64,000 nucleotides of DNA. Origin: Candidatus Rokuibacteriota bacterium. GTDB lineage: Bacteria; Methylomirabilota; Methylomirabilia; Rokubacteriales; CSP1-6. The stretch spans positions 1,579-65,578 of the forward strand of contig JACPSW010000001.1 in NCBI GenBank assembly GCA_016193045.1, in the 5' to 3' direction. This document shows, one piece after another, positions 25,541-34,330 of this stretch. Every line of letters starts with the position of its first letter. The first letter of the stretch is position 1. The notes under the pieces are model-generated. The model saw only the letters and a list, made by a program, of their open reading frames with translations, ran no database searches and was not told the origin of the DNA. The position numbers and the translations under genes were made by a program.

Positions 25541-25693
25541 CCCGCCCAAGCGGTTGACGCATCATTCACAAGGAGCATCGATCTCTACTCGATTCCCGGA
25601 CGTTCGCCCGAAGAGGATGGTGACGGGTGTCCGTCCGTCTCTTCATAAAGACCGGGATAGAAACCCACACCCCCAAACGAGGGAGGGCAAGCA

Positions 25694-26887
25694 ATGAGAC
25701 TGAAGACTCTGGGAGCGTTCCTGTTGGTTCTGCTGATGTCCGTCACGTCGGCCTGGGCCCAGGCCAAGGTCCCCGGCGTGACCGACACCGAGGTAGTCGT
25801 CGGCCTCACGACCCCGCTCTCGGGGCCGGCGGCGGCCTGGGGCAACACCGCCGTCGCGATGGAGGCGTGGGCGAAGTACGTCAACGACCAGGGCGGGGTT
25901 CACGGCCGGAAGATCAGGACGATCCTGAAGGATGACGGGTATGTGCCCGGCCGGGCCGTCGCCAACCTCACCGAGATGAAGGATAGCGTCTTCATGGTGG
26001 TCGGGCTTCTCGGGTCCGCAATCCTGAACGCCTCCAAGGACCTGGTGGCTGAGGCGAAGATTCCGATCGTCTGGCCCTACGGGAATCCCGCGATCTGGGA
26101 GCGTCAGCCGCCTGACAAGCGCCGCTACGTCTTCGTCGTCTATCCCGATTACGTGGACGAGGGAGACTTCCTCGTGACCCACGCCGTGAACAAGCTCGGC
26201 TCGAAGAAAGTCGCCGTGTTCTTCGCAAACGACGAGTACGGAAAGGGCGGGCTCGAGGGCGTACGGCGGGGGCTGCGGGGGCTCGGTGGGAAGGCCTCCA
26301 TGGCCGCGGAGATCTCCTACGAGCTGGCCGATCGCGAGCTGGGGACCCATGCGCTCAAGCTCAAGGAGTCGGGCGCCGATACGGTGGTCTTCTACTCGAC
26401 GATCACCCACGGGGCGAACGTCATCAAAGAGATGGCCAAGGTCGGGTACCGGCCGAAGCTGGTCTCGTCCTTCCCGCTGGGCGACCACCACATCCTGTTC
26501 AGGCTCCTCGGTGACCTCTGGGAAGGCGCCCATGTCACTCTGATCAACGCCGGCGTTATCGTGGGAGAGCCGGATGGCGACAGGATCGCCAACATCCTCG
26601 TGAAGTACGAGCCGAAGCTGAAGGGCAAGGAGAGCACGGCCCTGGCGGGAGCCGCTCCCATGATCCTGGCCGTCGAGGGGCTGAAGCGGGCGGGGCGGAA
26701 CCTGACCCGCGAGTCCTACGTCGAGGCGTTGGAAACGCTCAAGGATTACGTGCCGGAGAAGCTCAACGCCCCGATCACGTTCGGGCCGAACCGGCGCCAC
26801 GGCCTGAACGCCGTTCGCCTCATGCGGGCGGAGAAGGGGAACCTGGTCGAGGTGATCGCCCGGCAAACCTTCCCGCCTCATTTCTAG
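25694..26887 (+). CDS. ABC transporter substrate-binding protein, LivJ/LivK (type I periplasmic binding) family
   Basis: Signal peptide MRLKTLGAFLLVLLMSVTSAWA, then GVTDTEVVVGLTTPLSGPAAAWG, the typical branched-chain amino acid/amide binding protein N-terminus. Confidence 0.9.
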   Translation: MRLKTLGAFLLVLLMSVTSAWAQAKVPGVTDTEVVVGLTTPLSGPAAAWGNTAVAMEAWAKYVNDQGGVHGRKIRTILKDDGYVPGRAVANLTEMKDSVFMVVGLLGSAILNASKDLVAEAKIPIVWPYGNPAIWERQPPDKRRYVFVVYPDYVDEGDFLVTHAVNKLGSKKVAVFFANDEYGKGGLEGVRRGLRGLGGKASMAAEISYELADRELGTHALKLKESGADTVVFYSTITHGANVIKEMAKVGYRPKLVSSFPLGDHHILFRLLGDLWEGAHVTLINAGVIVGEPDGDRIANILVKYEPKLKGKESTALAGAAPMILAVEGLKRAGRNLTRESYVEALETLKDYVPEKLNAPITFGPNRRHGLNAVRLMRAEKGNLVEVIARQTFPPHF

Positions 26888-27640
26888 ATGGGGGGACTCT
26901 TAGAGGTCAAGGACCTCTCGCTCAGCTTCGGCGGGATCAAGGCCCTGGCCGGCGTCGGCGTGGCCATCGCCGAGGGGGAGACCCTGGCGGTGATCGGCCC
27001 GAACGGCTCCGGCAAGACCTCGCTCTTCAATTGCGTCACCGGGATCTACCGCCCCGTCACCGGGACGATCACCTTCAAGGGGGAGAGCCTGCTGGGGCTC
27101 TCCCCCGACGCGGTGACCCGTCGCGGCGTGGCCCGCACCTTCCAGAACCTGCGCCTGTTCCTGAACATGTCGGTCCTGGACAACCTGCTCGTGGGGCGGC
27201 ACCTGCACTTCAAAAAGAACCTCCTCCACGCTGCGCTCAGGATGCGGAGCGAGGAGGTCCGGCACCGCCGCCGCTGCGAGGAGATCATCGAGTTCCTGAA
27301 CCTGGAGCCCTACCGGAAGAGCCGGGTCGCCGATTGCCCTTTCGGGGTGCAGAAGAAGATCGAGCTGGGGCGGGCGCTGGCGACGGAGCCCCGGCTCCTG
27401 CTGCTCGACGAACCGGTCTCCGGGCTGACGGCGGAGGAAAAGGAGGAGGTCTCCTACTGGATCCATGAGGTGCGGGGCCGCTTCGGGATCACGGTCCTCC
27501 TGGTGGAGCACGACCTGCGGGTTGCCTCGCGCCTGGCGAACCGAATGGTCGCGCTGGACCACGGCGTGAAGATCGCCGAGGGAACCCCGGCGGAAGTCCA
27601 GCGCCACCCCGAGGTCATAAGAGCGTACCTGGGTGAATGA
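26888..27640 (+). CDS. livG: ABC transporter ATP-binding protein, LivG-like
   Basis: Walker A GPNGSGKTS, signature VSGLTAEEKE (variant), Walker B LLLLDEP. The C-terminal LivG-type extension (VIRAYLGE) is present. Confidence 0.92.
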   Translation: MGGLLEVKDLSLSFGGIKALAGVGVAIAEGETLAVIGPNGSGKTSLFNCVTGIYRPVTGTITFKGESLLGLSPDAVTRRGVARTFQNLRLFLNMSVLDNLLVGRHLHFKKNLLHAALRMRSEEVRHRRRCEEIIEFLNLEPYRKSRVADCPFGVQKKIELGRALATEPRLLLLDEPVSGLTAEEKEEVSYWIHEVRGRFGITVLLVEHDLRVASRLANRMVALDHGVKIAEGTPAEVQRHPEVIRAYLGE

Positions 27641-27728
27641 TGACCGATGGAACGGGCGCCCCGATGAGCGCTCGCGCGAAGAGGCCGAACCACCGACCGA
27701 GGTCATTCACGAAAAAGCACGCTGAATA

Positions 27729-28505
27729 ATGCCGCTGCTGAAGATCGCGAGCATCGAGACGCTCTACTTCGACCGCATCTATGCACTCTTGGGGGTGTCG
27801 CTGGAGGTAGAGGAAAGGCAGATCTTCGCGGTTCTCGGTCCGAATGGCGCGGGAAAGACGACACTCCTGAAGACCGTGGCCGGTCTGCTCAAGGACCAGC
27901 CGAAGAAGGGGGTGATCGAGTTCGGCGGCCATCGCATCGAGCGGCGATCGCCCGAGAAGATCGCGAATCTGGGGATCGTCTACGTTCCCGAGGACCGCGG
28001 ATTGTTCCGCGAGCTGACGGTGGCGGAGAATCTCGAGCTCGGCCTCTGGGGCCGTCGCGACAATGGGGTCAAGCAGGACCTCGACTTCGTGTACAGCATG
28101 TTCCCGATCCTCAAGGAACGTGCGAAGCAGGAGGCGGAGACCCTCTCCGGCGGCGAGCAGCAGATGCTGGCGCTCGGCCGGGCGATCCTGAGGCGGCCGC
28201 AGCTCCTGATGCTGGACGAGCCGTCGCTGGGGCTCGCTCCCCAGGTGGCCCGGGCGGTCTTCGACGCCCTCCTGGCCATCAGCCAGACCGGGACGACGAT
28301 TCTCCTCGTCGAGCAGAATGCGCGGCTGGCGCTGAAGGTGGCGCACCACGCGGCGATCCTGGAGGCGGGACGGATCGTCCTCCAGGGGACGCCGGAGGAG
28401 CTGGAAGCGAACGAGGATGTGCGGGAGGTGTATCTTGGGGTTGGGGGGGTCGATACAGTCTCGCCCAAGGGCTGGCGACTCTACCGGAAACGGAGGCGAT
28501 GGTGA
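27729..28505 (+). CDS. livF: ABC transporter ATP-binding protein, LivF-like
   Basis: Walker A GPNGAGKTT, signature LSGGEQQML, Walker B LLMLDEPSLGLAP, and VREVYLG near the C-terminus. Confidence 0.92.
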   Translation: MPLLKIASIETLYFDRIYALLGVSLEVEERQIFAVLGPNGAGKTTLLKTVAGLLKDQPKKGVIEFGGHRIERRSPEKIANLGIVYVPEDRGLFRELTVAENLELGLWGRRDNGVKQDLDFVYSMFPILKERAKQEAETLSGGEQQMLALGRAILRRPQLLMLDEPSLGLAPQVARAVFDALLAISQTGTTILLVEQNARLALKVAHHAAILEAGRIVLQGTPEELEANEDVREVYLGVGGVDTVSPKGWRLYRKRRRW

Positions 28506-30310
28506 TGGAACCGACGACCGCTCGGACCCTGCCGGAGCTCTTCTTCCACCAGGTCAGGCGCCGCGGTGACGGGCTAGCGCTCCGCTACAAGGAGTACGGC
28601 GTGTGGCATCGGGTCTCCTGGAGCGAATATGCCGAAGAGGTGCGGAAGGTGGCCGCCGGCCTCCTCGCCGCCGGCCTCCGTCGCGGGGAGAACGTCGGCA
28701 TCCTCGGCGACAACCGCCCCGAGTGGCTTTACTGCCACCTGGGGGTCATGGCCGCCGGAGGCGCCACGTGCGGCATCTACGCGACGTCCGCGCCGGAGCA
28801 GATCAAGTATCTCCTGAACCATTCCGAGGCGCGGGTCCTCTTCCTGGAAAACGAGGAGCAGTTGGAGAAGGCGCTTCAGATTCTCGCGGATACGCGGGTC
28901 GAACGGGTCGTGGTCTGGGATGCCAAGGGGCTCTGGGGCTACTCGGATGAGCGGGTGGTGTTCTTCGACGACTTCGTCAAGCAGGGCCTGGGCTTCCTCC
29001 ACGCCCATCCCGGCTGCGTGGAGGAGAGCCTGGTGGCGACCCAGCCCGACGACACGGCCATGATCATCTACACCTCGGGCACCACCGGGCCGCCCAAGGG
29101 TGCCATGCTGTCGCACGCGAACATTCTCTGGACGCTGGGCTCCGCGCTCCAGGCGATTGACTGGAGCCCCGACGACGAGGTGATCTCCTACCTGCCCTTC
29201 GCCCACATCTTCGAGAACTATACCTCCGTGTTCAATGCGGTCGTGCTCGGCTATGTGGTCAACTTCGTCGAAAGCCCCGACACGCTCGCCCAGAACCTGC
29301 GCGAAGTGTCGCCGACCTACTTCGCCGGTCCACCCCGGATCTGGGAGAAGATGGCCTCCGCGGTGGAGCTCAGGATGGCGGACTCCACCCCCCTCAAGCG
29401 GACCCTGTACCGGCTCGCCGTCGCTGTCGGGCGGGCGCACGCTCGCGCCAAGCAACGCGGCAGCGTGAACCCGCTCCTCCACCTGGGGTACGCGCTGGGG
29501 TACGCGGCCGTCCTGTATCCCCTCAAGCGTCGCCTGGGGTTCGACCGGATCCGGGTGGCGGTGTCGGCCGCTGCGCCGGCCGCGCCCGAACTGTTCGAGT
29601 TCTTCCACGCGCTGGGGATCCCCCTGCTGGAGGTGTACGGCCAGACGGAGTCCACGGGGGTCATTTCCGCCAACCGGGCCGAGCGCCCTCGCGTGGGCAC
29701 CGTCGGAGAGCCGATTCCGGGGATCGAGGTGGCGCTGGCCGATGACGGAGAGATCCTGACGCGGGGCCCCCACGTCTTCAAGGGTTACTTCAAGGATCCC
29801 GAGCTCACGGCCCAGACGATCGACAAGAATGGCTGGCTCCACACGGGAGACGTCGGCGCCTGGGAGGACGGATACCTCAAGATCCTGGACCGGAAGAAGG
29901 ACATCATCAAGACGGCCGGCGGCAAGGGCGTCACGCCCGCCTACATCGAGAACAAGCTCAAGTTCAGCCCGTACATCCAGGACTCCGTGGTGATCGGCGA
30001 CGGGAAGAAATACCTGATCGCCCTGATCCTGATCGACGAGGACAACGTCACCAAGTTCGCCCAGGACCACCGTATCCCGTTCGCCACCTTCGCCGACCTC
30101 ACCCAGAATCCCGACGTCCGCCGGCTGATCCAGGGGGAGGTGGACAAGGTCAACAAGACGGTGTCGCAGGTCGAGTCGATCAAGAAGTTCGCCCTCCTCC
30201 CCCGGCGCTTCTACGAGGAAGAAGGCGACGTGACGCCCACCAAGAAGGTCAAGCGCCGCCATATCGAGCAGCGCTACGCCGACTTGATCGCCTCGCTCTA
30301 TCGGGGGTAA
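28499..30310 (+). CDS. AMP-dependent acyl-CoA synthetase/ligase (long-chain fatty acid-CoA ligase-like)
   Basis: 603 aa. AMP-binding motif IIYTSGTTGPPKGAML, plus YGQTES and GWLHTGDVG...GYLKILDRKKDIIK. 7-nt overlap with livF. Confidence 0.9.
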   Translation: MVMEPTTARTLPELFFHQVRRRGDGLALRYKEYGVWHRVSWSEYAEEVRKVAAGLLAAGLRRGENVGILGDNRPEWLYCHLGVMAAGGATCGIYATSAPEQIKYLLNHSEARVLFLENEEQLEKALQILADTRVERVVVWDAKGLWGYSDERVVFFDDFVKQGLGFLHAHPGCVEESLVATQPDDTAMIIYTSGTTGPPKGAMLSHANILWTLGSALQAIDWSPDDEVISYLPFAHIFENYTSVFNAVVLGYVVNFVESPDTLAQNLREVSPTYFAGPPRIWEKMASAVELRMADSTPLKRTLYRLAVAVGRAHARAKQRGSVNPLLHLGYALGYAAVLYPLKRRLGFDRIRVAVSAAAPAAPELFEFFHALGIPLLEVYGQTESTGVISANRAERPRVGTVGEPIPGIEVALADDGEILTRGPHVFKGYFKDPELTAQTIDKNGWLHTGDVGAWEDGYLKILDRKKDIIKTAGGKGVTPAYIENKLKFSPYIQDSVVIGDGKKYLIALILIDEDNVTKFAQDHRIPFATFADLTQNPDVRRLIQGEVDKVNKTVSQVESIKKFALLPRRFYEEEGDVTPTKKVKRRHIEQRYADLIASLYRG

Positions 30311-30313
30311 GGG

Positions 30314-31294
30314 GTGGACCTGGTCGAGAGTTACCGGGACGACCTCCGGTTCGCCCGCAAACCCCTCACATGGATCCTGCTGGGCATGCTGGTCGCGGGG
30401 CTCCTGGCCTTGCCCTGGTATGCCCACGCATCGTGGGTGGTGCGGTTCACCGTGATCGCCCTCTATGCCATCGGTGTGATGGGGCAGAACATCCTCATCG
30501 GCTACACGGGGCAGATCTCGTTCGGCCAGGCAGGGTTCCTGGCCATCGGCGCCTACACCTTCGGTCACCTGAAGCTCCTGGGCGTGCCGTTCTTCCTGGC
30601 GCTGCTGGGCGCCGGCCTTACCGCCGGACTGGCGGGGGCGGTCGTGGGTTTCCCGTCGATCCGGCTGAAGGGTCCCTACCTGGCCATCGCCACGCTCGGC
30701 TTCGGGATCGCGGTCTATCAGATCTTCGCCAACTCGGAGATCCTCTCGGGCGGCCGTTCCGGGCTCCCCGTTCCCAAGCTGGAGCCGGCCTTCGGTCTCA
30801 CCCGTGAAGTGTACGTGTACTACATTTACCTGGGGCTCCTGCTGGCCTTCACCATCGTCACGTACAACCTGGTCTCCTCGTATGTCGGCCGCGCGTTTGT
30901 GGCGATCAGGGACAGCGACATCGCCGCGGAGGTGATGGGGGTGAACCTGACCCGCTACAAGCTCCTGGCGTTCGCCGTCTCATCCTTCTACACGGGTGTT
31001 CACGGGGGGCTCTTCGCGCAGTTCCTGGGCCATCTGGAGCCCCAGACCTTCAACATCGGCGAGTCCCTGACGCTCTTCGTCGCGGTGATCGTGGGCGGCC
31101 TCGCGTCGGTGGAAGGCTCCATCCTGGGCGCCGCCTTCGTGATCTTGGTGCCGACCCTGCTGAGCGAGTACCGCTGGTTCGTCCCCGTGCTGTTCGGGCT
31201 GACCATCCTGCTCGTGTTGATCTTCGAGCCGCTGGGCTTGGCCGGCCGGTGGCTGAAGTCGCGGCTCTACTTCCAGCTCTGGCCCTTCCGGTAG
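30314..31294 (+). CDS. livM: Branched-chain amino acid ABC transporter permease, LivM-like
   Basis: Multi-TM protein. GQNILIGYTGQISFGQAGFLAIGAYT is the LivM signature. Confidence 0.9.
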   Translation: MDLVESYRDDLRFARKPLTWILLGMLVAGLLALPWYAHASWVVRFTVIALYAIGVMGQNILIGYTGQISFGQAGFLAIGAYTFGHLKLLGVPFFLALLGAGLTAGLAGAVVGFPSIRLKGPYLAIATLGFGIAVYQIFANSEILSGGRSGLPVPKLEPAFGLTREVYVYYIYLGLLLAFTIVTYNLVSSYVGRAFVAIRDSDIAAEVMGVNLTRYKLLAFAVSSFYTGVHGGLFAQFLGHLEPQTFNIGESLTLFVAVIVGGLASVEGSILGAAFVILVPTLLSEYRWFVPVLFGLTILLVLIFEPLGLAGRWLKSRLYFQLWPFR

Positions 31295-31299
31295 GGGAG

Positions 31300-32181
31300 A
31301 TGGCGGGCGTCCTCCAGTACACGCTGACGGGGCTTTCGGCGGGGAGCCTCTACGCCCTCGTTGCCCTGGGCATCGTGCTGATCTACCGCTCCACGCGGGT
31401 GCTGAACTTCGCACACGGCGATACCGCCACCCTCGGCACCTTCGTGGCCTTTGCGCTCGTTTCCCAGGGCTATCCCTTCTACGTCGCGTTTCCGGTAGCC
31501 CTCCTGGTGGGGGGGGTTGTGGCGATCCTCTTCTACTTCGGCGTCATGGCTCCCGCTCAACGCCAGGGCGCCACTCTGCTGGGGCAGGTCATCCTCACCC
31601 TTGGGCTGGCGCTGATCTTCCAGGGCGTGATCGTCTATCAGTGGGGGGCGGAGCCCGACCGGTTTCCGTTTCCGCTCTCGGAGACGAAGACCTGGAAGCT
31701 GGGCCCGGTCTTCATCAGCCAGCTCTCGCTCGGCACGTTCGGCGCCGGCCTCTTGGGAAGCCTGCTCCTCTACCTGCTCGTGCAGAAGACCCGGCTCGGG
31801 CTCGCCATGCGGGCCACCTCGGAGAACCTGCCGGCGGCGCAAACCCTCGGGATCCCGACGCGGCGCGTGCTGGGGGTCTCCTGGGGCGTCGCCTCGATCC
31901 TGGGCGTGGTGGCCGGGCTCTTCCTGGCCCCAGCCCTCCTGCTGGATCCGTTCTTCATGCTGGATCCCTTCCTCAAGGGCTTCGCTGCGGCCGTTCTTGG
32001 AGGACTGAACAGCCTGCCGGGCGCTGTCGTAGGCGGGCTGATCCTGGGCGTCGCCGAGAGCCTGGCGGGCGGCTACCTCACGATCCAGTTCAAGAATACG
32101 CTGGCCTTCGTCATCATCATCGCGGTGCTCCTGATCCGTCCGGAGGGCCTCCTGGGCCACGAGTTTAAAGAGCGCGTCTAG
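31300..32181 (+). CDS. livH: Branched-chain amino acid ABC transporter permease, LivH-like
   Basis: ATG 31300. LQYTLTGLSAGSLYALVALGIVLIYRSTRVLNFAHGD is the LivH N-terminal signature. Confidence 0.9.
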   Translation: MAGVLQYTLTGLSAGSLYALVALGIVLIYRSTRVLNFAHGDTATLGTFVAFALVSQGYPFYVAFPVALLVGGVVAILFYFGVMAPAQRQGATLLGQVILTLGLALIFQGVIVYQWGAEPDRFPFPLSETKTWKLGPVFISQLSLGTFGAGLLGSLLLYLLVQKTRLGLAMRATSENLPAAQTLGIPTRRVLGVSWGVASILGVVAGLFLAPALLLDPFFMLDPFLKGFAAAVLGGLNSLPGAVVGGLILGVAESLAGGYLTIQFKNTLAFVIIIAVLLIRPEGLLGHEFKERV

Positions 32182-32188
32182 TCTAACC

Positions 32189-32374
32189 ATGTTCATCGCC
32201 TTCGGCCGGGACCGCGTGGAGCCCCTGGACAGGATGCGCCGGGCTCTGTCCGAGTTCCAGCTTGAGGGAATCAAGACCACGCTCCCGTTCCTGCGGGCCG
32301 TGCTTGGGAGCGAACGGTTTGCCCGCGGACAGGTGCATACCCAGCTCGTCGAACAAGGAGCTTTCAATGCCTGA
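32189..32374 (+). pseudogene. Remnant of biotin carboxylase (AccC-type) gene: only the C-terminal ~60 codons
   Basis: MFIAFGRDRVEPLDRMRRALSEFQLEGIKTTLPFLRAVLGSERFARGQVHTQLVEQ aligns with the extreme C-terminus of biotin carboxylases (E. coli AccC ...[55 protein letters not shown]). The ~390 N-terminal residues (ATP-grasp) are absent. It begins 8 nt after the livH stop. Confidence 0.7.
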
Positions 32375-32582
32375 AGAGGTCAAAGCTCACATCACGGGGG
32401 TCGTCTTCCAGGTGCTGGCGAAACCCGGCGACACGGTGGGGGCCGGGGACGCGATCCTCGTGCTGGAGTCCATGAAGATGGAGATCCCTGTGGAGGCCCC
32501 CCGCGCGGGGACGGTGTCCGCGATCAAGGCCAAGGAGGGCGAGACGGTTCAGGAGGGTGACACGGTGGCCCTCCTGGAATAG
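32367..32582 (+). CDS. Minimal biotin carboxyl carrier protein (biotinyl domain only)
   Basis: 71 aa. ...GDAILVLESMKMEIPVEAPRAGTV... has the EAMKM-type biotinylation motif (here ESMKM). The start overlaps the remnant ORF stop (ATGCCTGA). Confidence 0.85.
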   Translation: MPEEVKAHITGVVFQVLAKPGDTVGAGDAILVLESMKMEIPVEAPRAGTVSAIKAKEGETVQEGDTVALLE

Positions 32583-32713
32583 ATGTTCGAGCTGAGCGGC
32601 TGCCGCCGAGGCGGTGGCGAGGCGAGCCGCGAGGCGAGGCCCGAGTAGATCGTTCGAGCTGAGCGGCTGCCGCCGAGGCGGTGGCGAGGCGAGCCGCGAG
32701 GCGAGGCCCGAGT
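32581..32713. repeat. Perfect tandem duplication (66 + 67 nt) in the BCCP / carboxyltransferase intergenic region
   Basis: AGAT(C)+GTTCGAGCTGAGCGGCTGCCGCCGAGGCGGTGGCGAGGCGAGCCGCGAGGCGAGGCCCGAGT occurs at 32581-32646 and 32647-32713. The 62-nt cores are identical, with one extra C in copy 2. Copy 1 starts inside the BCCP stop codon. Confidence 0.9.
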
Positions 32714-32731
32714 CAAACAAGGGAGTCGACG

Positions 32732-34330
32732 ATGGGAGAGAAGGGGGACCTCGAACTGATTGGATCCCGGAGGGCATCCATGGGTATGAAAGAGCTGGTC
32801 GAAGACCTCAGGGCGCGGCGGCGGAAGGCGCTGGAGATGGGCGGCGCCGAGGCCTTGGCCAAGCAGCACGCGGAGGGGAAGCTCAGCGTCCGCGAGAGGC
32901 TGGACCTCCTGTTCGACGGGGGGAGCTTCACCGAGATCGGGGTCCTCGCCACCCACGCCAACATCTCGCCCATCATGCGGGGCAGGGAGACCCCCGCCGA
33001 CGGCGTCGTCACGGGATTCGGGAAGATCAACGGCCGGCTGGCGTCGGTCATCGCCTACGACTTCACCGTCATGGCGGGCTCCATGGGGCGCACGGGGGAG
33101 GTCAAGTGCAACCGGGCCCGGGAGCTCGCGCTGAGCAAGCGGATCCCGATGATCTGGCTCATCGATTCGGCCGGGGCGCGCATCCAGGAGGCCATCGGCT
33201 CCACCTTCGCCCAGTCGGGCTTCCTCTTCCGGGAGGAGTCCATCATGTCCGGGGTCGTGCCGATGGTGGTGGCGATGATGGGACCCGGGGCCGCGGGCAC
33301 CGCGTACATTCCGGCGCTCGCCGACTTCGTGCCGATGGTGAAGGGGACGAGCCACATGGCCCTCGGTGGGCCGCCGCTCGTCAAGGCCGTGGTGGGCGAG
33401 GACATCACCCCCGAGGAGCTGGGGGGCTCCAAGATCCACTGCGAGATCTCGGGAGTGGCGGACCTCGAGGTGGCGGACGACAAGGCGTGCATCCAGGTCA
33501 TCAAGGACTACCTGTCGTACTTTCCCCAGTCCAATCTCGAAAGGCCGCCGCTCGTGGCGTCGGAGGACCCCGAGGACCGGATGGACGAGGAGCTGCTGAC
33601 CCTCGTCCCCGACAGCCCCCGCCGGGCCTACGACATGAAGAAAGTCATCCATCACATCGTGGACGGCGGCCGCTTCTTCGAGCTCAAGCCGGGGTGGGCG
33701 AAGAACCTGATCGTGGGCCTCGCCCGGATGGGCGGCCAGTCGGTGGGGATCCTCGCGAACCAGCCCATGGTGCTCGGCGGCGCCCTGGACATCAACTCGG
33801 CCGACAAGGCGGCACGCTTCATCATGCTCTGCGACGCCTTCAACATCCCCCTCCTCTTCCTCCAGGACGTTCCCGGCTTCCTGGTGGGGTCCAAGGTCGA
33901 GAAGGAGGGGATCATCCGCCACGGCGCGAAGATGCTCTACGCCGTCAGCGAGGCCACCGTGCCCAAGGTCACGGTGGTCGTCCGCAAGGCGTACGGGGCG
34001 GGGTACTTCGTGATGTGCGGGAAGGCCTACGAGCCCGACCTGATCGTCGCCTGGCCGACGGCGGAGATCAGCGTCATGGGGCCCGAGGGCGGCACGAACA
34101 TCATCTTCCGCAAGGAGATCGCCGCCGCGCCATCCCCGGACGAGGAGCGGGCGCGCCGGGTGGAGGAGTTCAGGAAGCTCATCAACCCCTACGTCGCTGC
34201 GGGCGGGGCGTTCATCGACGACATCATCGACCCGCGCGAGACCCGGCCGGTCGTGATCCGGGCGCTGGAGATGGCGCAGACCAAGAAGATCGAGCGCCCC
34301 TGGAAGAAGCACGGGGTGATGCCCGTGTAG
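32732..34330 (+). CDS. Acyl-CoA carboxylase carboxyltransferase subunit (propionyl-CoA carboxylase beta / methylmalonyl-CoA carboxyltransferase 12S family)
   Basis: ATG 32732 after AAGGGAG. KLSVRERLDLLFDGGSFTEIG..., DFTVMAGSMG, and PLLFLQDVPGFLVGSKVEKEGIIRHGAKMLYA are hallmark carboxyltransferase motifs. Confidence 0.93.
   Translation: MGEKGDLELIGSRRASMGMKELVEDLRARRRKALEMGGAEALAKQHAEGKLSVRERLDLLFDGGSFTEIGVLATHANISPIMRGRETPADGVVTGFGKINGRLASVIAYDFTVMAGSMGRTGEVKCNRARELALSKRIPMIWLIDSAGARIQEAIGSTFAQSGFLFREESIMSGVVPMVVAMMGPGAAGTAYIPALADFVPMVKGTSHMALGGPPLVKAVVGEDITPEELGGSKIHCEISGVADLEVADDKACIQVIKDYLSYFPQSNLERPPLVASEDPEDRMDEELLTLVPDSPRRAYDMKKVIHHIVDGGRFFELKPGWAKNLIVGLARMGGQSVGILANQPMVLGGALDINSADKAARFIMLCDAFNIPLLFLQDVPGFLVGSKVEKEGIIRHGAKMLYAVSEATVPKVTVVVRKAYGAGYFVMCGKAYEPDLIVAWPTAEISVMGPEGGTNIIFRKEIAAAPSPDEERARRVEEFRKLINPYVAAGGAFIDDIIDPRETRPVVIRALEMAQTKKIERPWKKHGVMPV

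Noticed and set aside
25512-25697. 61-aa ORF (MTPCRPAPIIPPKRL...) in the leader upstream of the ABC operon.
   Set aside because: - It starts at the TTG of the -35 hexamer, upstream of any plausible transcription start from that promoter.
- It has no RBS and has Pro/Arg-rich non-coding-like composition.
32581-32713. Possibility that the tandem repeat is a mini CRISPR array or encodes a peptide (MFELSGCRRGGGEASREARPE from ATG 32583).
   Set aside because: - There are only two units, directly abutting with no spacers, and no cas genes, so it is not CRISPR.
- The short ORF exists in only one copy's frame, has no RBS, and has a composition typical of GC-rich non-coding sequence.
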